In this document: positions 1 through 13,060 of the stretch, one piece after another
How positions within the stretch are numbered: the stretch's first letter is position 1
Layout of the letters: every line of letters starts with the position of its first letter
Origin: Callorhinchus milii
Taxonomy: Eukaryota
Length of the DNA stretch: 64,000 nt
Direction of reading: 5' to 3'
NCBI RefSeq assembly: GCF_018977255.1
Contig: NW_024704743.1
Coordinates: forward strand, 58,282,001-58,346,000
Position numbers and translations under genes: made by a program
The notes under the pieces: model-generated
Database searches by the model: none
Seen by the model: the letters and a program-made list of their open reading frames with translations, nothing else
Told to the model about the DNA's origin: nothing

Positions 1-329
1 GATTGTTATTTGTCACTCTCAATCAGTATTTTGTTATCTGAGTGAAAACCAGCAAAAATATCCTAAATCAGGATCAGGGACCAGGGAAGTACAGGACAAG
101 CTCAAGTGCCTTGCTGGAAGGTAAGTCTGTTTCTAACGCAAGATTTCTTGTAGACCTATAGTTAGCTGAATTCTGAAACACTTCTAGCTTCAGGCCTAGG
201 CTGAACTCCAGAAATGCTCACAAGAGTGGTGTCTGTAGGTAAACATCCACAACAAATCGATTCATACGCATTGCGATGATGTGATTTTTCTCTGCAGTTA
301 ATCAGTACAAAGCATTTATACAAAGGTAA

Positions 330-720
330 TAATAATTCTCACATTTGGTACAGAGCCTATAACATCTCAAAATGTTTCACAAAGTTAGTGTAAAGTGTAG
401 TGACTGTGTATTTGTAGGCAAAGGCAACATCCAATTTGCTCACAGTAACATTCCATAAACAGCCATGAATTCAGTCACCAATTATATCTGCTGAATTATT
501 GGCCAGGACACCAGATGAAATTCAATGGGATCTTTAATATCCACTTGAATGAACAAACAGGATATCTTATCCAAATAAGGCACCTCCAACCATGCACACT
601 TCCCCAGTGCTAACACTGGGTGACCATCTAAACTAGGAGCTCATAGCTCCAAATTGAGGCTTGACCTGACATCCTTCTTACTCGGGACAAGATTAGTACC
701 AACTGGGACAGACTGACACG
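330..720 (-). mobile_element. Deu-domain tRNA-derived SINE (SacSINE1/AmnSINE1-like), old diverged copy
   Basis: Reverse complement carries the Deu core (on + as ggccaggacacc...atgggatctttaatatccacttgaa), a tRNA-like head near 690-715 and the L2-type tail near 330-380; similar to other copies in the window. Confidence 0.7.
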
Positions 721-1496
721 TGCAGGAATTTTGCTCTAAAAGTAGAGCAAAGCAGATTTCCCACATGACATATTCTACTCAAGGAAGGATTTATAATTTC
801 TGACTCAGAATTCTTAAGAAATCTCATTTAAAATCACCTAATTTTAGACCCCAAAAGAATGCATGGATTATTGTTGTACAAAAAAGGCACTCAGTCCCCA
901 AGGGCTAACATTTTCCTTGGCTAGAAATGATTCAGTTGAATCAAACCACCGAGTCCATTTGGGATGTTAACACCAGAAGGGTATAAGCCTTTTCGACGTT
1001 GCCTTTAGCCAGTAAGCTTCAACCCTGAGCAAGAGAGTGGAACACATTATGCTTGTGACAAGACATATCCTGCAGTGCTTACAGAACCTTCAGGTCACTT
1101 GCAGCCATGGATTATAGATGTCCTCATTTATTTCTCTCTCAGAGAAACGTGCTGAGGAGTCAGAACACATCTCACCCCCAAGCTGCTTACCCAGTGAATA
1201 TGGAAACATGGTGATGGGTTTCTACATGTGTCAGACACCTGGCTGACCTGAAAATCAAATAACAAATTATAGAGTATGAACAGCAGGGGATGGGGTGGGG
1301 GGGGGGGGGGGGGGAGGCGGAGTTCTTTCATTACACAATATTTCCAATTTGACCACCTCAAATTGGTTTGTAGTAAAGCAATTGTTTTGTGCGCTATCAT
1401 ACAAGGTATTTAAATAACAATTAGTCTAAGGTGCGTGTTTTACTTATGTAATATATTCATGCCTATATAATAGTATACAGCCTGTGCCATTGTGTC

Positions 1497-1765
1497 AGTC
1501 TGGGCTCAATCAGTAGCACTTACAAGTCAGAAAGAGCATGGGTTCAAATCTCACATTGGGAGTTTGAACTTCCATAGTCTTGCTAACAATCCAATTCACC
1601 TGGTAGCATTGCATTGTTGGAGATACTGCCCTTTGAATGATATATTGAACTGAGGTCCCATGTTAAAGATATCCTATTACTCCTGGCGAATAACATCCCA
1701 GATAAATAACTGGTCATTCATTTCATAGCAGTTTCTGGGATGTTACTGTGCATAAATTAGCTGGG
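1497..1765 (+). mobile_element. Deu-domain SINE, diverged, 3'-truncated
   Basis: Head ggctcaatcagtagcact...gggttcaaatc (A/B-box-like), then gcattgttggagatactgccctttgaatga...tgttaaagat. Confidence 0.65.
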
Positions 1766-1769
1766 CAGT

Positions 1770-2100
1770 TTAGGATCCCGGGACCGAGCCAGGGGGAGGG
1801 GTGGGAAGGTGACCAAAGGCGCGGTCGAAAAGAAAGGTCTTAAGCAGAGACTTGAAAATGGGAAGGGAGGGAGCAAGATGACGGGAGTGAGGAAGGCAGT
1901 TCCAGAGCCTTGGTGCATAGTGGCTGAAGGCACGGCCACCGAGGGTGGAGCGAAGGACTCGGGGGACAAGGAGAAGGCCAGACCCGGAGGAACAAAGGCA
2001 ATGGATACTATGCTGAGGAGAGAGGAGGTCAGAGAGGTAGAGGGGTGCAGAGGAGTGCAGGGACTTGAATATGAGGGTGAGGAACAGGCCCAGTCTGAAT
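1770..2100 (-). mobile_element. LINE2 (L2) 3' fragment
   Basis: Contains gaaggcagttccagagc...ggctgaaggcacggccaccga, the reverse complement of the L2 C-terminal region (GGRAFS..AP.LWN) seen in other L2 copies here. Confidence 0.7.
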
Positions 2101-2190
2101 CCAAAGATTTAGCAATACTTTGCTGCCTAATTTGCAGTATTTCTTAATAAGCAATCCGAATGATGCAAGTGGGGGCATTTTCAGTAACCA

Positions 2191-2564
2191 GAGTCCTGTA
2201 GCTCAGTGGTTAGAGCACCCGGCTCACAAGCGAGAGATCTGGTTCGATTCCCGGCAGGATGAAACGTTGGGCAAGTTTCCTTACTCCACATGCCTCTGTT
2301 TACCTAGCAGTAAGTAGGAACCCGGTTGTTAGTCGATTGGCGGATCGCTTTTCCGGAATTAATAATTCCTTCAAAAAAAAATAAAAAAAATTTGGTCACT
2401 TTAATTCACGACTCTTTGTGGGACACTGCTGTGTTCAATTGGCAGCTGTGTTTCCCCCACAATATACACTTCAATTTACTTTACAATAAATATTTTGTTA
2501 TTCAAATGTCTTGAAGACTTGATAAGGCGTCATATCAAATGCAAGGATTATTATTATTGTTATT
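2191..2564 (+). mobile_element. Full-length tRNA-derived SINE (holocephalan SINE2-1_CM-like)
   Basis: gagtcctgtagctcagtggttagagc (A box), ggttcgattcc (B box), CORE-like ttgggcaagtttccttactccac..gcctctgtttacctagcagtaa, L2-type tail and (TTA)n end. Confidence 0.85.
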
Positions 2565-3760
2565 ACATCCTGCTAATCTGGAGAAACTCAGATCCAACAC
2601 AATCTAATTCTAGAATTTTCATGCATCAACAGGATTTTCAACTCTCTTTAACAAATGCTGCATAATATGAGATCAAACATATTCATTCCGACTGCAGAAG
2701 GTCATCAAACTCTTTGAACTGCATAAGATTCAAGCACTAAGACCAGAAGTTGTGCAGCTGCACAAGGCTGACTAACGTTTCGGTCCAGCATGACTGAATA
2801 ATTGTAGTAATGAATATTTACCACATACTGGGCAAAGTTCATTGCTGTTATAATTTGAACTAATTTAAGGTCTCTCATGTGTTATTCTGGTTGCAATACA
2901 CACCAAGCCATCTGTGCCCTTGAACTTTAGTTGAGCATTTTAAAGAAGAATGGAGAGGCATAAACAGCAGCTTACAAAACTTTCCAAAAGTTTGTCCAAA
3001 ACTCAGAACATCTCATACTTATAAAAGAATTCCCACATTAACTATGTAACAACTGATAGGCAGATGGATTCCAATATAGTTACATGTAACAAGATTTAGA
3101 TTGAAATAATTTGTCATAAATTTGTAGAAAGCATTAATTTGAACTTCCTTAGTCAGTTTAAGAATTGAATTTCCAAAAGCAGCCAAAGTGTATTAGTAGC
3201 CAAAGGTCAGTCACTGAAAAGGACGTCCTTGGGAAGATAATGATTTTGATTTGGTCTCTGCTTTTTCTCCACACTTTATCAGTTTCGAGAAATCACAATG
3301 TGTGCTTGACGTTCCTTTAGTGAATATTGGAAATTAAACTGCATTGTGTGATTCTGTCAGAAGACCCAAATGTACATATGAGAAAGATATTTTCCATGGA
3401 TCAGCGCATCAATAAGTAGAGGACATGAATTAAGAATTATTACTGGAAGATAAAAGAGGACATTAGAAAAAAATGCTATTGTACAGAGGACTGTTAGGAC
3501 TTGGGATATGTTACCATGAATAGCTGTTGAGGTCAAGTACACAGCAAGTTTTGAAATGAAATTCAATAAGTACGCAAAAAAGTATAATATTAAAGGGTTT
3601 GGAGCAATGAACAAAGGAATGATATTTGCTCTTGTAAAGTAGCTAGCCAGCATCAGCACAGGTATGATTCACCAAATGGTTATCATTTTCATAACTCAAT
3701 GAATTCTCATTTGTGATGCTTCTTAACAGAATCTCAATAGTATTTCTGTTAACCGTCAGG

Positions 3761-4345
3761 AACAACAACAACAACAACGTACATGTATATAATGCCCATC
3801 ACACAGGGTAGCGTTCCTGTGCGCTTGACAGTGGTGGAGTCTGATCCCAAGCCAGGGGGAGAGGGAAGCGGGAGGTGACCATAAGCATGATCAAAAATCT
3901 TTAGGTGGGATCTGAAAGTGGGGAGGGAGGGGGCAAGGTTTGCGGAAGAGTTCCAGAGTTTCGGGTTATGGTGACCGAAGCGAAGTCACGGCCACCAATG
4001 GTGGAGCAGAGGGAACTGGGGACAAGCAAGAAGCCAGAGCCAGCTGAGCGGAGGCAATGGGTGGTGTAAGCAAATCGGCTTGGTAGGGAGGTGGCAGGGC
4101 ATGAAGGAATTTGAAAATGAGTGAGAGAATCTGGAAATTGATCCAGTTGGTAATTGGGAGCCAGTGGAGCCTGGCAAGGACTGGTGTGATGGGGGGTACA
4201 CAGTTTTTTGTGGGATCGTATGTGGTTGACGGATTTTGGGATTAGTTGAATTTTGTGTATGGTGGAGCCGGGGAGACCAGCAAGGACGACATTGGAATAG
4301 TCCAGCTGGGAAGTGACAAAGGCGTGGATGAGGGTTTTTGGCACG
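3761..4345 (-). mobile_element. L2 3' fragment with (TTG)n tail
   Basis: ORF 3901-4344 has the L2 motifs LIHAFVTSQLDYSN and TIGGRDFA; (CAA)n on + at 3761-3778. Confidence 0.85.
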
Positions 4346-4914
4346 TATGAAGAACTCTACTCCAGAAGTCGGTTCTGTCGGAGAGAAATTCCTGTGGGTC
4401 GGTGCTATGATCTATTGGTTACTGAAAGTAATTTCCATTTGTGTGACTCGGTTTCCTTATACAGGAATTCCATCAACAAATTCCAAAATATTAGCATCCT
4501 CAAACTAACAATTGGTATAGTTTAAAAGAACACTTACTGGAACCTTTCTCCTACTGCTGATTAAGAATCATTGCAAATAAATAGTTTAAAATGAATTAAT
4601 AATCTAAATTGGTGAAATAACATGGTTATCACAATTTTTTTCCCCCTATTAACTGTTTTTCAGAGTAAAACGTCCTGCATATAAGGGTACTGACTCAATG
4701 TAAAATCTAATAGCAAATATGAGAGTTCCATTGAGAACTTCAGTAGTCCACATATGTATACTCAAATGACTATAATTTACTGCTACCCTTGCACTGATGG
4801 ACAGCCACCTACACTGTTGAGTTAATGGAAGTATTAAGGTGCTAACATTAAAGAACAGTTTATCTGCTTTAAATTCCACCTTGTCCTCGACTATAAAAGT
4901 ATTTTTTAATGTTT

Positions 4915-5056
4915 ATTCGTCATCCAAAGTGTCTGTCACATCACTGAATAATCTGCAGCTTGTGGAGGAAAGTGTTGGGAAGTCCGATAAGCAGGGAGTT
5001 AGCATAATCGAGCCTGGATGCAATGAATGCATCGATAAGATTCTTGGAGGCCTGTG
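4915..5056 (-). mobile_element. L2 internal fragment
   Basis: Nucleotide match to the L2 copy at about 21990-22110 (aataatctgcag...aatgaatgc). Confidence 0.7.
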
Positions 5057-5059
5057 ATG

Positions 5060-5240
5060 CACATCACAGATGCAATTCAAACCATGGCCACGTATTCCCA
5101 TAGCTTCCAGCTTTTTTTTAATGAAAGCTTCATTTGGCACAAGCTTGAAAGCCTTATGAAAATTGATGAACGTAACGCACATGAGTCTCCCCTCAACCTT
5201 ACAATGTTCAATGTTCTCATATAAAGCTACAACATGGACC
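5060..5240 (-). pseudogene. Non-LTR reverse transcriptase remnant (clade unresolved)
   Basis: Translation VTFINFHKAFKLVP...KLEAMGIRG resembles the RT motif FIDFxKAFDxVP...KL..GI.G. Confidence 0.6.
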
Positions 5241-6254
5241 ACACATAGGAATGGACTCTAGCCTGTGCCTTGCTGATTACACTATGGGCCTCTTATGTGC
5301 CTGATATGCATCACTTGACTACCTGAAGAACATCTTTAAAATTCAAAGATCACACAGAATTTTGGACATTTCTTAAACTCACTTCTAATTTGGAAACTGT
5401 TTTTTTTTAATAAGTGCAGAAACCAGCTTCTAGTCAGTGTTGTGATGTAAACTGCAACTCCAGCCGTGAACTTCAAGTGCTTTAATTTGGCCTGCACAAC
5501 CTTGATTCTGATGTGGTCTTACATCCAAGCCGAGGTCTCCACAAAACTATAGAAATTTCCAGTGCAGGAGTAGGCCATTCAGTGTGTCATGCGTCATGCC
5601 TCCGCTGTCCCATTGAAAGAGCAATTCATTCAGTCCCATTCACATGATTTTTCCTTGTGGATTATTCCTCTTTAGGTATCTATCTAGTCGCTTGATTCGG
5701 AGTGGTATGGATGGCGAGTTCCCTATTGGAAACACGGTTTAAGCGCTCTGAAACGCTACTCTGTGTGGAGGGCACTCTGTAAATGCACAAAAAGAGTGCT
5801 TTCTCCAGTGGCGAGGTGCCTGTGTGATTACCACTTTCCATAGGAGCACTTTCTCAACCCTACTGGATCAACAAAGGGGAGTATCACTGTGTAAATGTTC
5901 GCCACTACCGCTGGCATGGGAGCCCCTGAGGCAGACACTGAGCACAAAAATAGGTGTGCCATTCTAGAGTACAGACATTCTTTAGCTTGAACACAGATTT
6001 GCCACCAAACAAACAAAAAAATGAAACTGTAATTAAAACAATTGACACACAGCCAGATTCTAAGTGAATTAATTCTCGCAGTTCCTCACATTGTCCCAGC
6101 AAAGGTCCCAAGACTGGGATCTGCTCGATAGTTATGGTGTGTGTGACACCCGTCCTCCCCTACAGACATTACTATGGGACACAACTGGAGGCCAGAGGTC
6201 ACACCGGGGGGCAGAGATGGTTTGTGTAAACGTCCATACTCTGGTTAATGTGGA

Positions 6255-6468
6255 ACCCAGTTGTTAGTCGATTGGCAGATGTCTTTCCGGGGGTAATAAT
6301 CACTTAAAAAAAAATTTGGTCACTCAATCCATGACTGTTTGTGGGACACTTTTGTGTGCAATTGACTGCCATGTTTCCCCCACAGAATACACAGTCAATT
6401 CACTTTATAGTATATCCTGTGAAGCACTTTGGGACGCTATATTAATTGCAAGGTTAGTATTATTATTA
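6255..6468 (+). mobile_element. 5'-truncated SINE2-1_CM-like SINE
   Basis: aacccagttgttagtcgattggcagat...gactgtttgtgggacac...tail; matches 2320-2560. Confidence 0.75.
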
Positions 6469-6873
6469 AAAGAATTGACCATTTAATATACAAGATCAAA
6501 TTATTATACCATCTCGTCAGATAATTCAAGGTAAACAGATTTCCAAGTTTGATTGCATTATATTTGCGCAGAATTCTTTATGTTATGAAAATAGATTTTG
6601 TAATAAAGGAAAGAGCATTATGATCATTTGTAATAGGCAGAGGGATAATAATTAAGCTCAGTTTTTAAAAAAAATGTGATTAGAATGGGAAGAACTTAGC
6701 ATTGCTCTCACAATAAAAATCTGTTCAATGTTGCCATTCTCCTTCCTTGATATGAAAAAATTCTGGTCACCATAGTAACAAATAGAGCAGGTGAAATTAT
6801 CTACGCCTTTGTGATGCTCTCAACATTTATTGTTGCTACAGCTATTGATGAGACTCTGTCTATTTAATATTGT

Positions 6874-7156
6874 TGCGTGGATCGCCCCACCCTCCCAGCC
6901 AAGCAGATGTGGGCGCACACAGAGATTCTCATTATAACACAGGTTTAATCCAAGGGGGGAAAAGCCCATAACAAGAACAGCAAAACAATTGTGGAGGGCT
7001 GCAGGTACCTAGGCTCACGGCCAGGGCCACCACTCTTACAAACGCAGATTTTCATGATGCCCCTCCCTTGCCCTGTTGTAACCGTTGACCAACCTGGGGC
7101 CAGCCATGTAGCTTAGGCCTCAGGTTCCCAAGGCAGCTGAAACCGTTATCCACGCA
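6874..7156. mobile_element. Putative solo LTR or small TIR element
   Basis: GC-richer 283 bp block bounded by a perfect 9-bp inverted repeat TGCGTGGAT (6874-6882) / ATCCACGCA (7148-7156), with TG..CA ends; no clear TSD. Confidence 0.4.
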
Positions 7157-7269
7157 TTTATTACCTTGATTTATCCAAATGCCCTCTCTGTGGGCTCCCC
7201 AGCACAACCATTAATAAAATCCAATTAATTCAAAATTCCACCACCTATATCCTCACTCTACAAAAACTC

Positions 7270-7665
7270 TGAACCCCCATCATCCCAGTCAATGCCAAGC
7301 ACGATTGATACCTATTGCAGAAAAGATTGATTTCATGATTCTCACACTCATATCCAAATTATGCCCTGGCACCTCCCTACCTCTCTGACCTGCTTACACC
7401 ACATTCTTCTATCTGCCCAGGTGGCTCTGGCTTCCTGCACGTCCCTTATCCCCTCCGCTCCATCATCGGCAGCCGTGCTTTCAACCACTACGCTCCGAAA
7501 ACTGCAACTCTCAGCCTCAATCTTCTTATATGTCTTCAGATCACACCTAATGACTTTCCTCTTTGATTATGCCTACAGTCACCTCCGCTTTCTCCCAGTT
7601 CAGCATCAAACTTCGTCACTGTGATACGCTCCGAGACTCTATATAAATGCAGATTGTTGTTGTTG
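7270..7665 (+). mobile_element. Old L2 3' fragment
   Basis: ccatcatcggcagccgtgctttcaacc and terminal ctatataaatgcagattgttgttgttg. Confidence 0.7.
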
Positions 7666-7859
7666 ATCTCCAGCCTTTCTAACATCCATTGGGAGCTAGC
7701 AGTCTGGTACTGTTGCTCCTCATCTCCTGGCTCCATCCCCTTTACAATGGGAGCACAATCCCCGACTGTTGGTTTCCCAGATTGACTGTCAGATGTTCCT
7801 GCTTTAAGGTCCAAAATTCAGCAGGAGCAAGGCAGTCCTGGGACACTTTCCCCCTCCCC

Positions 7860-8105
7860 CTTCCAATGCAGTGCTGGGGTGTTTTGCACTGTTGAAGGCT
7901 CAGTTCAGTTCTTTGGATGAGTCGTTAAACCGAGGTCCCGTCTGCCTATTCAGGTGGACTTTAAAGAACCCATGGTACTGTTCGAAAAGGGAACATTTTT
8001 TTTCCTGATTTCCTGACTATCAGTCCCCCAGGTAAAATTTGTCATTCACTTATTGAAATTGCCTGTTATGTTCAGTTACAATATATACAGTCACTATACT
8101 TTATA
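7860..8105 (+). mobile_element. Deu-domain SINE fragment
   Basis: ttggatgagtcgttaaaccgaggtcccgtctgcctattcaggtggactttaaagaacccatgg is a close match to the Deu core. Confidence 0.8.
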
Positions 8106-10189
8106 GAAAATTCCTCTGGCCCATTTTGCAAATTCCGGGATCAAACAGTGAGGTGGATTTGCGATAAACGTAACCCACAAATCCTTTTATTATATTAATT
8201 TGTGTTGTTATTATTGGTAAAATATTATTTGAGCAGCCATTATTAGACTAAATGAATACTTAGAATTAAATTAAAGTGCAGAACTTTTCATTTAACTACA
8301 AAAATGGCTCATCCCTATTTTCCACAGGATTAATCCAGTTTAAATAACTGCTACACATGAAAAAGCAATGAGATGNTTTTTTTCTGAGGAGGATTGCTAA
8401 TCAGCTCAACAAGTCTGAATCTGTGTACATATCCATCACAAAGACCTGCTGCCACCTAACTGTTTGTATAAAACATCTCACGGTGATGCCAAACTCTTGA
8501 ATACCTCTTGCTTTGGAGTTATTTGACTGGATAACATTTTAATTACAATAATTTGTTTTCAAACACTAAACAAACGCATGCCTTCACAACCGATAGCTGG
8601 CAGAGATCCAGCAGTCACAGTCAATAGGACAATTTGTCCCATGCCTCCGCTGATTAGCTGAAGGTTCTAGGTGTTGAGAGGTGAACTCTGATTATAGGTT
8701 TCCAAACCTGTAACCAGATTGTAATTCGCAGCATGCATAGCAGGTTTCACTACAGTTTAACTTTGAAAGGGCAAATGACTTCCGAGGGAATTTTTTAAAA
8801 TATGCAACAGTAAGTTTATCTGAACAAAATGCAACACTGCATGATTGCCATCAAATCAACAGTACATATATATTTAATTGATTCTGACCCGCTACAGCAT
8901 TGGCTAGGACTATTTTGTACAGTGCACAGTCCAAAACGTAAAAGCAAGCTTACAAAAGATCAAGTAAATTTTGCAAAAGGAGACAAAGTGAAAAAGGCGA
9001 AAATCTCAGAAGGCTTGTAGGGGATCTGAACAGTTGCTTCAGAGAAATCTGATGACAGTTGCAGCACCATTAAGAAGAACTCTACATAAGTTTGTTCAAC
9101 AGTGTAGTGTGAGGCAATATCATCCATCAGGCCTAAGTTGCAGCTGTTGTTAATCCAGGTATATAACTCTGGATTGATGGAAATGAAATATACGTTTTAA
9201 TACTTGCTGTTACAGAATCAAAATACTGACACAGCAAATCCATTAATAATGACACAGCTGAACTTAACTTTAAAGATGATATCTTATATATTTCTGATTG
9301 ACACAGAGCTGCAGCTAATTCTGAGGAAAGGTTTACACATGGGGGAGAAGGGAATAGAAGGGTATGAGAGGGAGGAAGGAGTGGCTGGAAACTCATGTGG
9401 AATATAAACATCAACACAGACTGGTTGGGCCGAATGGCCTGTTTCCATGCTGTGTGCAAATCTACATAAGGAATTTCCTTTGACTTTGTTTTCCCACTGT
9501 TTGTGGTATAATTTTAGTATGTTTCTTAGGTGTTCACCCCTGCTAATGCAGCACTACCCCAGCATTGTATCGGAATGTTAGCCTCGACTGTGATCCCAAT
9601 GTGAGAGTTAAACCCACAACCTTCTGACTCAGAGGTGAGATTGCTATCATCTAAATAAGTCTGACACCTACAATTATATGAGATGCTATCAATGCTTAAA
9701 TAAGGAGCACAGACATAATGTGCAGTCAGCATGGATTTAAAAGCAACAAGTTAAGCCTAAATAAACTAATGGAACTATTTGAGGAAGCAAATAAATCTGT
9801 GGGTGCGGAATGCTCATCAAAGTTATTTTAACAACTTGCATTAAATTAAATAGTGCCTTTCATGTATGGTAACCTTTCGGAGAAGGCATTTCACGAAGTT
9901 CTGAATATAAGATTTTTGAAGAAGGTAAAATGTTCCTGTAATCATTTTCTGATGGGAAAAATTAAATCAGCTATCAGGGGATGAACACTTTGTGATGAGC
10001 TCCTGTTATCTTTGAAAAGACTGAAGACCATAGAGAATGAACTGACACAATTATTTTGGTATTCCAACATAAGGCCTGGGATCTCCAGTGAGCTCTGAAA
10101 TTAAGGGACTAATTAAAGGAATGACAGTGAAGGAAATCTCATGGTGGATCTATAGCTACAGAATTCAACATTAGCTTAGTTTGCACAAT

Positions 10190-10560
10190 GCCTCAGTCTA
10201 GTTCAATTGGTAGAACTCCCATGTCTGAAAGGTTGTGGTGTCAAGCCCCATATAAAGAATTTGAGCTCCCAGTCTAAGCTGGCAATCCAATAGAGTACCA
10301 AGAAAGTTAAATCTCTGCCAGTGTTAAGCTTTCCCCTGCATGAAGGGTGCTATATAAATGCAAGCTGTTGTTGTTATCCTGCCCTACAATCTCCCACATT
10401 CACATCATAGCTGTTTGTGGGATTCTGTCATGCACAAGTTGGCTGCCATGTTTGTCTACAAATTCAGAAGCAGTTACTACACTTTACAGTAAACACTGTG
10501 AAGTGCTTTGAGACATCCTCCTGATGTGAAAGAAGTTGTATCAAATGTAATTATTATTAT
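10190..10560 (+). mobile_element. Deu-type SINE, internally deleted, with an inserted short L2 tail
   Basis: Head at 10195-10250; L2 tail gtgctatataaatgcaagctgttgttgtt at about 10347-10376; SINE tail ending (TTA)n at 10560. Confidence 0.6.
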
Positions 10561-12285
10561 TGGTGTCAGACCACAAACCCTATCTGGTTAGCTGTTCTTA
10601 TCAGATCATCTGGCTTCCCCAGACTTGGGGTTAGGCTCTGCCACTGTTAAGTGATCCAAGATGCTATCCGTGTGAAAAGTGCTACATAAATGCAAGCTGT
10701 TGTTTTTATCCTCTAAAACACTGCCTATTGTTGCCTAGCTTAAATACCAGAATGTCTACCTCAAACACTGTTGCCTCCGGCATCACATTCCAGCTCAGAT
10801 GTCTTATCTCTGCAAATCATCCAATTCAATAGGTCTGCAGTGTGCCAGCTGACAGGTATGTGCTTCATACTAGCAGATAAACAGCAAATCCCTCGCAGAA
10901 CTTCTTCTCTATCAACTCAAAGAGGCAAAGATTCAACTTCAGATTTGTTGTATTTCGCGTGGGCCCATTTCTCCAGGCAATCCCAATATATACAAGTATC
11001 ACATGAACTCCAACACCCTAAAATCTTCCCCACCCTAATTGTCAACCTCTTCTTTCACATGGAGATGGGGTATTTTTGTTTCTGGAGCAACTGTAACACT
11101 CACATTACAGGGAAGGATGTTTCTCCCAGTGTCCTGACAACAATTCTCTGAATACAATTTTCACTTACTTCATGACTCTTTGTGGGAAATTGCTCTGTGA
11201 AAAAGGGGTAGCCATATTTGCCTACAAATATACAGTCACTAGGCTTTACAGTATTTCCTGTGAAGATATGTCTCCCGAAAGGTGCTATATCAAATGTAAG
11301 GATTATTATTATTATTGCAAAGTGTGAGAACTTGAGCCCACAAGTGTTAAAGAACACCTTAGTAATACGTTCAAACAGGTATAGTTCATTAAATAAATGT
11401 TAAATTATTACCGCGCATTCTTTGCTGGGTGGTACATGTCATATAATTATTAAAGTTGCACACTATATGTTAAGGCATAATCAGCAAGAAGTGCAGTTAA
11501 TTCAAAAGTAACTAGATAATTATAAAATTCTATTTCATTAACATAATGGAATGACCTTTTTTATCGTTTGTCCTTCATTATAATGATAGATGGTATCTAA
11601 TCTACAAGCTGTAGTTTTCTCTAAAGCTCTGATTTGAAAAGGTGCCGCTTCCTTTTTTTTAGCTTTTTTACAGACTTGGCTGTTGATTTGTTTTTCATCT
11701 GATACGCACAGAAACCCATCACCATGCTAAGAGCCTCCATCCAGGAGGCTCATATATGAGGGTGATGGGAATAGAGAGGTATGGACGAGGGGATTAGAAG
11801 GGGTGGAAGCACATGTAGAGTTTAATACTAGCACAAACGTGTTGGCATAACTGGCTTGTTTTCCTGCTGTATTGTTTTTGCTGTATGGTTTGGCTCATCT
11901 TGTTATGAGTGTGCACCCGCTCCCTGAAAGGATGCTTTCTCCTTGCCTAACCCCAAGCACAGCTTGACAAGAGTGAAAGCTTGGATTGTGCACTGTGGTA
12001 TTGCTGGAGTTTAACCAGCTGTCAATGTGTCACAACATTCTTCAAAATGGCTTTCTAACCTTGGTCATGAGGGCACAGACTGTCTGCTGTGTAACTGAGA
12101 TATATGGACAAGGAAAGCTCTGAGTATAACCTCTCATTTCTGCTGAGTTAGATGATTCAAGTTAGGGTGGCAATAAAGGTTAATAAACGCATTGAAGTTC
12201 AATGCCCTTAAGATGAAAAAATATCAGCCAAGCTTCCTACTCCTCGACTGCAGAAATGTGGATTTTTGTGGACTCCTCAACTGCG

Positions 12286-12540
12286 GAAACCCATCACCAT
12301 CCTTAGAGTATCCAAACTAAACTGAGATTTCCATGCATCCCAGCTGCACATGGAAATTTCAGCGATAGATTGTTTGAATGGAATGCACACTCTCTCCCAG
12401 GAGAAATGCATCCTGCTTATTTAAGTCCGGAAAATATTAGGCACAGGTTGTCATGAGCCAAGGCTTGGCGACCCCAGAGTGTGTGTTGGGGCACTGCTGG
12501 AGTCTAACCAGGTAAAACCGCATAGCTTGCTATTGACAGA
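12286..12540 (+). repeat. Unclassified interspersed repeat (family X)
   Basis: Aligns along its length with 34098-34355 (gaaacccatcaccat...ttccatgcatccca...ccaaggcttgg..ccccagagtgtgtgttgg...ctgctgga.tctaa). Confidence 0.75.
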
Positions 12541-12714
12541 AATGTGAATATGGCCAGAGAACAAGTGTGAATGTGGTTGTGATGCCAGTTGGCTGGAGGA
12601 TGGCAATAGTAACAGAACTTATGTACCTGCATTTTCTTATGCCTTATAATCAGAAACATCTCAAAGTGCTTTTGAGCAATCATTGCCAAATGTGGTTATC
12701 AAGTGACTGTTTAT

Positions 12715-13060
12715 TATAATAATCCTTTTCACGTTGGGGGAGGATATCTCAAAGCACTTTACAGGATTTTCAATATAAAGTGCAGTGACTGTGTGTTTTG
12801 TAGGCAAAGGTACAGCTAGTTTGTACAAAGTAATGTCCCACAACAACCATAAAGTGAATGACCAATTTTATTTGGGGCAAGGACCATGAGAGAAACTGCC
12901 TTCTCTTTTTGAATAGCGCCATAAGATTTTTAATATCCTCAACAGGCATATGAGGTCTTGGTTTAATAACTCATCCAAAGAATGGCACTTCCAACAACAG
13001 CAACCCCAGCACAACCTAGTGTCAGCTTAACTGTGTGTTCAAAGTCTCAACATGGGGTTT
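12715..13060 (-). mobile_element. Deu-domain SINE, headless
   Basis: Tail taataatccttttcacgttgggggagg, body ggtttaataactcatccaaagaatggcacttccaacaa. Confidence 0.7.

Noticed and set aside
1292..1318. G-run as a functional G-quadruplex
   Set aside because: A simple homopolymer with no supporting context, and its length is unreliable in assemblies.
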